Shown: positions 57,734 through 64,000 of the stretch, piece by piece | Layout: every line of letters starts with the position of its first letter | Position numbering within the stretch: the first letter of the stretch is position 1 | Source of the DNA: Pseudomonadota bacterium | GTDB taxonomy: Bacteria; Desulfobacterota; Desulfobacteria; Desulfobacterales; RPRI01 | Assembly (NCBI GenBank): GCA_043825875.1 | Contig: JBDRRF010000035.1 | Coordinates: 1 to 64,000, forward strand | Direction of reading: 5' to 3' | Length of the DNA stretch: 64,000 nt | The notes under the pieces: generated by a model | Told to the model about the DNA's origin: nothing | Seen by the model: only the letters and a program-made list of their open reading frames with translations | The model's database searches: none | Program-made: the position numbers and the translations under genes

Positions 57734-59017
57734 TTAATTAACATGTTCTTTAATATGCCTTAATGCTTCTTTTATTGCTCCATGGTGTTTACTAACAAAT
57801 TTTTTGGAGTTTTCCCCTATTTTGCCACAAAAACCGGAATCTTCAAGAAGCTTTTTTATATTTTCAAAAAGTTCGGTTTCGTTATTTACCTGAATGGCGC
57901 CTTCATCTTTTAATATAAGATCGGACATAAGAACAAAATTATGCATATATGGGCCAAAAAGCACCGGGCATCCAAAACTTGCAGGTTCAAGCGGGTTATG
58001 GCCTCCTAAAGGAACCATGCTTCCGCCGATATAAGCAATTTTGCCAATACCGTAGATTCTGTTTAATTCTCCTATAGTATTTAAAATCATAATTTTGTAA
58101 GTTTCTTTATTGTTATGCAAATCAGTTTTAAGAATACTTTTTATGCCCATCTCCTGAGCCATTTTAAGTATTGCGCCCGATTCTTCTATATTTCTGGGAG
58201 CAAGAATAAGGCGCAGTCCGGCAAATTGAGGTAAAAGCCTTGAAAAAACATTAAGTATTATTTTATCTTCTTCTTTGTGAATACTTCCTGCAACCCATAT
58301 AACATCTTTTGCAGATAGAGATAATTTCTTAAACCATTCATCCCGTTCCTGTGTCTGCATCGGGACCCATTGCCTGTCGAATTTAATATTTCCTGTAGTT
58401 ATAATTTTATTTTTATCAATGCCTGTTTCAATAAGCCTTTTTGAGTCATGTTCCGATTGCATCATACATAATGCAAATTTATCGAAAACGGGTTTAATAA
58501 AAAAAGATAATCTCTTGTATGCCTTGAAAGTACGCGGCGAAATACGTCCGTTTACAAGAAAACAATTTATATTTCTTTTCGAAAGATTATTTAAAAGACC
58601 AGGCCAAATATCTGTTTCAATAAGCACAAAAAAATATGGATTGATATGATTTCTTATTCTGTTAATGCTCCACCAGAAATCAAGAGGCATAGGTAAAATT
58701 TTAACTTTTTTATTCAGCTCTTTTCTTGCAATCAAAAGTCCTTTTGATGTTGTTACCGAAAAAACAATCTCTTTGCCGGGATATTCCAGTTTTATCGCAT
58801 CAATAAGGGGTATAGCCGAAATAACCTCACCTACAGAAAGAGCGTGAATCCATATCCTGCTGGCTTTTGGAGATTCTTTGGGAAGTGACAGGCCCAGTCT
58901 TTCAGTAATCCTTTTATTTCCCAGGATTGAAAAAAGCATGATAAACGGTGCGCCGCAGATAATAATTATTGTATATATAATTTGGTATAATAAATGCGTT
59001 TTATATGATTTTTTCAT
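57734..59017 (-). CDS. waaA: 3-deoxy-D-manno-octulosonic acid (Kdo) transferase
   Basis: WIHALSVGEV, ETDIWP, NGRIS, TGNIKFD, GGHNPLEPA. Confidence 0.95.
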   Translation of the reverse strand: MKKSYKTHLLYQIIYTIIIICGAPFIMLFSILGNKRITERLGLSLPKESPKASRIWIHALSVGEVISAIPLIDAIKLEYPGKEIVFSVTTSKGLLIARKELNKKVKILPMPLDFWWSINRIRNHINPYFFVLIETDIWPGLLNNLSKRNINCFLVNGRISPRTFKAYKRLSFFIKPVFDKFALCMMQSEHDSKRLIETGIDKNKIITTGNIKFDRQWVPMQTQERDEWFKKLSLSAKDVIWVAGSIHKEEDKIILNVFSRLLPQFAGLRLILAPRNIEESGAILKMAQEMGIKSILKTDLHNNKETYKIMILNTIGELNRIYGIGKIAYIGGSMVPLGGHNPLEPASFGCPVLFGPYMHNFVLMSDLILKDEGAIQVNNETELFENIKKLLEDSGFCGKIGENSKKFVSKHHGAIKEALRHIKEHVN

Positions 59018-59244
59018 AATATATTTTCAACAATAAATTAGTATGCTACCGATTTTATGGTAATATATTTGGCGCCATTTACCAAAGCCGCCGTGTGTGT
59101 TTACTGACAGAATCAACAGATTAAAAAAATTCAATTTGATTCTATTGGGGGTTCCCAATCTTGGCAAGTAAATTTTTTAATGATAATAAAAAACTTGTCG
59201 GAAAGGTATTTGGTGGTACAATATTTTGGCAGGTAAATATCATA

Positions 59245-59376
59245 GATGGTCTCGTAAAAAGTCGGAATATACCTGTTTCGTCATGCCGGACCCGATCCGG
59301 CATCCAGCAATTTCAATAGGATCTGGATACCGGCTTTCGCCGGTATGACGGTCTGGGGACTTTTTGCGAATTCATC
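59245..59376. repeat. Composite palindromic intergenic repeat (REP-like core inside outer inverted repeats)
   Basis: Outer GATGGTCTCGTAAAAAGTC / GACTTTTTGCGAATTCATC; inner CGTCATGCCGGA..TCCGGCATCCAG..CTGGATACCGGC..GCCGGTATGACG. Confidence 0.75.
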
Positions 59377-59455
59377 ATCATTAAGAGTATTCACAAAAAT
59401 GAAATATCAATGAGATAGTATAGGAAGGCTAACCTCAGTCAGGAGATAATCAGAA

Positions 59456-60571
59456 ATGCATAAAAGCAGGGGCATTCACATGCGTTACATAGGTTTTGTT
59501 CTTCTCGCTTTGATTTTGGGAGCCAGCACAAAAGCTATCGCACTTGAACCCAAAGAAGTTGTGGTGATAGCAAATTTAAAGAGCAAAGCCAGTGTAGAAC
59601 TTGCAAAGTACTACATGAAAGGCCGCAAAATACCTGCTGCAAATCTTATTATCATCTCTTGCACCTTAAAGGAGCGTTGTTCAAGAAATACTTATGAGAA
59701 AGAAATTGCAGATCCTGTTCGTAAATTTTTGTTGCGTGCTGATTTTTCAGGCAGAATCAAATGCCTGGTTTTAATGACTGGTATACCTCTAAAAGTGGAA
59801 CCGGAGAAGCGTTCTCAACCGGAAATTTCTGAGCTTGCCTCGGTAGATTCGGAAATTTCTTTTTTACGTATTAAAGGATTAAGACTTGAAGGTTGGCTTC
59901 CTAATCCTCATTTTACCGGTTATGATCAGGCCAATATTTTGCAATTTCGTTCCGATGTTCTAATGGTGAGTCGTCTTGACGGCCCTGATGCCAAAACAGC
60001 AAAAAGAATTATTGATGATGCGCTCCGCGTTGAAAAACATGGTCTTAAGGGAATTGCATACTTTGATGCCCGTTATCCACTTTTGGGCAAGGACCTAAAC
60101 ACTTACGAAAAATACGATCTTTCCATAAGAAAGGCTTCGGAGATAGTGAGAAAAAGCGGGCTAATGAAAGATGTCGTTTTGGATACCCGGTCAAATCTTT
60201 TTCAAAAGGGGCAGTGTCCCGATGCGGCACTTTATTGCGGCTGGTACAGTCTGGCCAAATATGTAGATGCTTTCAAGTGGAATGCCGGGTCTGTCGGTTT
60301 TCATATAGCAAGTTCCGAGTGTGTGAGCCTCAAGAATCCGGCAAAACCTTATTGGTGTCCAAACATGTTAAAACATGGTGTTTGCGCTACGCTGGGGCCG
60401 GTTGCGGAGCCTTACCTTTACGCATTTCCTGACCCGGAGTTGTTTTTCAAATACCTGGTTGAAGAAAAAAAGACCCTGGTGGAAAGTTATTTTATGAGCC
60501 AGCCCTTTGTCTCCTGGCGAATGGTACTTATCGGCGATCCATTATATGAGCCGTTTAAAAACAGGGAATAA
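59456..60571 (+). CDS. TIGR03790-like exported protein of unknown function
   Basis: Signal peptide, ASVDSEI, MVSRLDG, YFDAR, LYCGWYS, GFHIASSE, GPVAEPYL..FP, IGDPLY; start may be 59480. Confidence 0.8.
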   Translation: MHKSRGIHMRYIGFVLLALILGASTKAIALEPKEVVVIANLKSKASVELAKYYMKGRKIPAANLIIISCTLKERCSRNTYEKEIADPVRKFLLRADFSGRIKCLVLMTGIPLKVEPEKRSQPEISELASVDSEISFLRIKGLRLEGWLPNPHFTGYDQANILQFRSDVLMVSRLDGPDAKTAKRIIDDALRVEKHGLKGIAYFDARYPLLGKDLNTYEKYDLSIRKASEIVRKSGLMKDVVLDTRSNLFQKGQCPDAALYCGWYSLAKYVDAFKWNAGSVGFHIASSECVSLKNPAKPYWCPNMLKHGVCATLGPVAEPYLYAFPDPELFFKYLVEEKKTLVESYFMSQPFVSWRMVLIGDPLYEPFKNRE

Positions 60572-60573
60572 AC

Positions 60574-60696
60574 ATGCACTCCATTGTACGAATGGGGGCG
60601 GTACTGGCATCCGCAGTTTTTGATGCCACCGGCGCAAAGTTATTTCAGCTTCCTATGACCCATGAACGGGCCAAAAAGGGACTTGAAAAATCTTAA
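60574..60696 (+). pseudogene. C-terminal remnant of a xanthine dehydrogenase-family molybdopterin-binding subunit
   Basis: SIVRMGAVLASAVFDATGAKLFQLPMTHERAKKGL matches the family terminal pattern A(N)AVFDATG.R...LP.TPERV. Confidence 0.7.
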
Positions 60697-60814
60697 TTTT
60701 AAGGTAACTTCAGACCGTAGTATTATAAACGCCGACAAGAATTATTTACTTCCGGAACCTGTTGCTTTAGGTATGCTTTTTTGCTTCAGCAACCAGGTTT
60801 TATGGAATACCTTT

Positions 60815-62683
60815 ATGATAAATGCAAACGTTTTGCCAATTATAGCCGGAATACTTACAGCCTGTATTTTATGCCAATGGATAGCATGGCGATTCAAACT
60901 GCCTGCTATCATCTTCTTGCTCTTTACAGGGATCATAGCAGGGCCGATTTTAGGTCTTTTAAATCCTGAAAATATACTAGGAGATCTCTTTTTTCCCTTT
61001 GTATCTCTTTCTGTTGCAGTCATTCTTTTCGAAGGAAGCCTGGCGCTTAGATTCAAAGAAATACTAGGTTTGGAGGTCGTTGTTCGGAACATGGTTTCAT
61101 TTGGTATGACTGTTACATGGCTTATCACTGCCCTGGCGACACATTATGCTATCGGACTGTCTTGGGAAATATCGTTTCTATTCGGGGCCATAACGGTGGT
61201 GACTGGTCCCACGGTCATTGCACCTATGTTGCGTACCATACGACCAACACAAGCTGTTTCAAATATACTTCGGTGGGAGGGTATCATTATCGACCCCATA
61301 GGCGCGTCCCTCGCAGTTTTGGTTTATGAGTTCATCATATCCAGCGGAGGACAGACTGCATGGTCCCACACAATGTTGACCTTCGCGAAAATTATCTCTG
61401 TTGGAACGATAATAGGCATTTGCTGTGGTTATTTTTTTGGCCTCTCAATAAGATATCATTGGTTACCGGAGTTTCTCCATAATGTCACAGCACTAACACT
61501 CGTAATTACAACCTTTATAATATCAAACATTATTCAGATAGAATCCGGCCTTGTAACGGTTACGATTATGGGGATTTGGCTGGCAAATATGAAAGATGTA
61601 GATTTGGAAGGAATCCTTGATTTCAAAGAAAGTATCAGTATATTATTGATTTCTCTTCTTTTTATTATGTTGGCTGCACGTCTTGATATTCAATCATTAA
61701 AAAACCTGGGTTGGGGAGTTGTATTCATATTAATCGCCATCCAGTTTCTTGCGCGCCCGCTTAATGTCATGGTGTCCACTATGCGATCGAAGTTGACATG
61801 GCCGGAGCGCCACATTCTTGCCTGGATTGCTCCTCGCGGCATCATCGCAGCCGCAATATCAGCCCTGTTTGCAGTCCAGCTTGAAAACGCCGGATTTTCC
61901 GATGCTCACCTTCTTGTTCCACTAACCTTTTCCGTTATCATCGTAACTGTTCTCCTGCAAAGCATCACAGCACGGCCTATTGCTCAGTGGCTTAAGGTAG
62001 CCGAGCCCGAGCCGGCAGGGTTTCTCATTATTGGTGCGAATCTTGTGGCCCGGGCTATTGCTAAGGTTTTAGTTCAAAATAATATGAACGTCTTGTTAGT
62101 TGATCCCGAATGGGAAAAAATATCCAAGGCTAAAAAAGAAGGATTGGCGACATATTTCGGCAACCCAATTTCAGAGCATGCCGACCGCCATTTAGACCTT
62201 ATCGGTATCGGTCGAATGTTAGCCCTTTCTCCCTCTGAGAGTATAAATATTTCTGCGGTTATGCACTACAGGATGGAGCTTGGGCGAAACAATGTATTTA
62301 TTATTCAATCTGAACCACAGGAAAGTGTGTCGGAAAGATTGAAAATGCCAATTCAAAGATTTGGGAAAACACTTTTCGGGAAAAATTTAACCTATTCCTC
62401 CATGGTCTCAGCGTTGTCTAATGGTGGAAAAATTCGCACAACAACTCTTACGGAACGTTTTGGGTTTAATGATTTTATTGAAAATCATGGTCAATTTGCT
62501 ATCCCACTTTTCGCCATTGATCCTAAAGGGAAAGTTCATATTTATTGTGAAGGTCAACGTGTAGACCCTAAGCCAAAGTGGTTAATAGTTTATTTATATA
62601 CGGTTAAGGATGATAAAAAAAAGAGTCAACAATTGACCCAAACTGACATTGAGAAAAGCGGCAATTTTGTCATGAAAAATTGA
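60815..62683 (+). CDS. CPA1 (NhaP-type) cation:proton antiporter with RCK/TrkA-N-like C-terminal domain
   Basis: VAVILFEG, VTGPTV, WEGIIIDPIGA, ESGL, APRGIIAAA, LIIGAN; start moved to ATG 60815. Confidence 0.9.
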   Translation: MINANVLPIIAGILTACILCQWIAWRFKLPAIIFLLFTGIIAGPILGLLNPENILGDLFFPFVSLSVAVILFEGSLALRFKEILGLEVVVRNMVSFGMTVTWLITALATHYAIGLSWEISFLFGAITVVTGPTVIAPMLRTIRPTQAVSNILRWEGIIIDPIGASLAVLVYEFIISSGGQTAWSHTMLTFAKIISVGTIIGICCGYFFGLSIRYHWLPEFLHNVTALTLVITTFIISNIIQIESGLVTVTIMGIWLANMKDVDLEGILDFKESISILLISLLFIMLAARLDIQSLKNLGWGVVFILIAIQFLARPLNVMVSTMRSKLTWPERHILAWIAPRGIIAAAISALFAVQLENAGFSDAHLLVPLTFSVIIVTVLLQSITARPIAQWLKVAEPEPAGFLIIGANLVARAIAKVLVQNNMNVLLVDPEWEKISKAKKEGLATYFGNPISEHADRHLDLIGIGRMLALSPSESINISAVMHYRMELGRNNVFIIQSEPQESVSERLKMPIQRFGKTLFGKNLTYSSMVSALSNGGKIRTTTLTERFGFNDFIENHGQFAIPLFAIDPKGKVHIYCEGQRVDPKPKWLIVYLYTVKDDKKKSQQLTQTDIEKSGNFVMKN

Positions 62684-62730
62684 TCTGAAAAAGGTAAAAG
62701 AAATACAAGCGGTTTGCAAAAGGAGAAAAT

Positions 62731-63795
62731 ATGTATCGTGTGATGATTCACCCCGCATCTTACGAAAATTGTCGGAAAGCGGTTGATAGGGCATTTGAGC
62801 TTTTCCCCCAGGATATTGCCCAAAAAAAAGTTGTAATTAAACCCAATGTGCTCAGGGCTTCTGCTGCAGAAGAACATATTGTAACCAATCCGTCTTTATT
62901 GCGGGCGGTGGTTGAAAAAGTTGAGGAAATGTCTCCGGCTTCTATTGTGGTCGGCGATAATCCTGGTCTGTATGACTATGGTGACAACGAGAATAGCTTT
63001 AGAAAAACCGGATTAATGGATGCGTCAAAGGGTTATTACAAAAACCTCGGTGACACAACGCAAAACCTTTCCTTTAATTCAGATCTCATGCCCAATGTAG
63101 GAGTTTCCAAAGAAATCATGGATGCTGATATTTTTATCAGCCTGCCAAAATTTAAAACCCATGGTCTTACCGTTTTAACCGGGGCCATTAAAAACAGCTA
63201 TGGGATACTTCCCGGTGCACAAAAAGCAAGATTGCATCAAATTGCAGGCTCGCCGGAGCGTTTTCATGATGTTATTGTAGAAGTATTCCGCCTGCGTATT
63301 CCGGATCTTTTTATTATGGATGCAGTAGTAGGCATGGAAGGAAATGGTCCGGCTTCGCCTGAGCTAAGAGAAATCGGCCTTATTCTGGCTGCCGATAATG
63401 CTGTGGCCTTAGATGGAGTTGTTGCAAGAATGATGGGGCTTGATCCCAGCCGCCTGCGTTTTCTCCAAAAAGCAAAAGCCATGGGCCTTGGTGATTTTGA
63501 TTCTAAAATGATTAAAATCGATGGAAAAATGCGAATTCTACCTGATTTCAAACTTCCACCCTTAGGCGGTGAGGCTTTAGATAATCCTGCTGTTCAAGAA
63601 TTGATGCAAACAAAGTCTCAGGTTAGACCCCAGGCCGATCCGGAGTTGTGTACGGCGTGTGGCTCCTGTATAGATCATTGTCCGGTTTCGGCTCTCACAA
63701 TGGAAGAAAATTTACCTGTAGTTGATGTTGATATCTGTATTACTTGTTTTTGCTGTCAGGAGATTTGCCCTGAAAAGGCGATGGCTCTTAGATAA
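62731..63795 (+). CDS. DUF362 protein with C-terminal 2x[4Fe-4S] ferredoxin domain
   Basis: IKPN, VTNP, LPKFKTH..TGAIKN, MEGNGP, CTACGSCIDHCP, CITCFCCQEICP. Confidence 0.92.
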   Translation: MYRVMIHPASYENCRKAVDRAFELFPQDIAQKKVVIKPNVLRASAAEEHIVTNPSLLRAVVEKVEEMSPASIVVGDNPGLYDYGDNENSFRKTGLMDASKGYYKNLGDTTQNLSFNSDLMPNVGVSKEIMDADIFISLPKFKTHGLTVLTGAIKNSYGILPGAQKARLHQIAGSPERFHDVIVEVFRLRIPDLFIMDAVVGMEGNGPASPELREIGLILAADNAVALDGVVARMMGLDPSRLRFLQKAKAMGLGDFDSKMIKIDGKMRILPDFKLPPLGGEALDNPAVQELMQTKSQVRPQADPELCTACGSCIDHCPVSALTMEENLPVVDVDICITCFCCQEICPEKAMALR

Positions 63796-63811
63796 AAGGA
63801 GGGTACTGTCC

Positions 63812-64000
63812 ATGTTCCATTGGCTCAGAAACTATCGCCGTTCTAAAATACGAAAGCAACCATTCCCCACTGAGTGGGAGATCTTCATGCGCGCAAACGT
63901 GGCTCATTATTGTGTGCTTGATGAAAATGAACGCACCGAGCTGCGTGCATTGATGCAGGTATTATTGAAGGAGAAGTACTGGGAAGGATGTGGCGGCCTT
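63812..64000 (+). CDS. MtfA/M90-family zinc peptidase, N-terminal part (runs off the window)
   Basis: AGGAGG RBS; MFHWLRNYRRSKIRKQPFPTEWE..LLKEKYWEGCGGL. Confidence 0.75.
   Translation, partial: MFHWLRNYRRSKIRKQPFPTEWEIFMRANVAHYCVLDENERTELRALMQVLLKEKYWEGCGGL

Noticed and set aside
1..64000. CRISPR arrays, rRNA, prophage, integrase or transposase genes; the many short antisense ORFs in the track
   Set aside because: No regularly spaced repeats or such motifs were seen by eye; the short ORFs lie opposite or within well-supported genes and lack family motifs

Overview
AT-rich bacterial chromosome segment. Gene content and protein style suggest an anaerobic Desulfobacterota (Desulfobacterales-like) organism; this is an inference. 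Most of the window is housekeeping or ordinary: acyl-CoA dehydrogenase-etfBA, rng, asnS, rho-rpmE-prfA-prmC-tRNA nucleotidyltransferase, tatBC, pncBA, gltX plus tRNA-Gln(CUG), pdxJ, usp-pat-usp, pgpA-lepB-pyrBC, waaA/F/C. The standout is a ~13 kb accessory block (42.0-55.5 kb). It holds a Cys-rich GAF/PAS/LuxR regulator and a tightly packed minus-strand operon: HgdC-type ATP-dependent activator, large FAD/NADPH-FeS-CCG oxidoreductase, two small accessory proteins, Cys-rich SAM methyltransferase, TrsS/tetraether-synthase-like radical SAM, tandem MaoC dehydratase and PaaK-like CoA ligase. Two 2-hydroxyacyl-CoA dehydratase/aryl-CoA reductase-type subunits are transcribed divergently from it. It looks like a rewired DVU_1553-1558-like module in which the molybdoenzyme partner is replaced by ketyl-radical CoA chemistry; the substrate is unknown. 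Also found: a 144-bp MITE-like family (2 full copies, 1 partial), two other palindromic repeats, an unannotated 49-aa Cys-rich protein, a probable CC-adding enzyme, a sigma-54 promoter and a molybdoenzyme C-terminal remnant. All family assignments come from motif recognition by eye; no searches were run.
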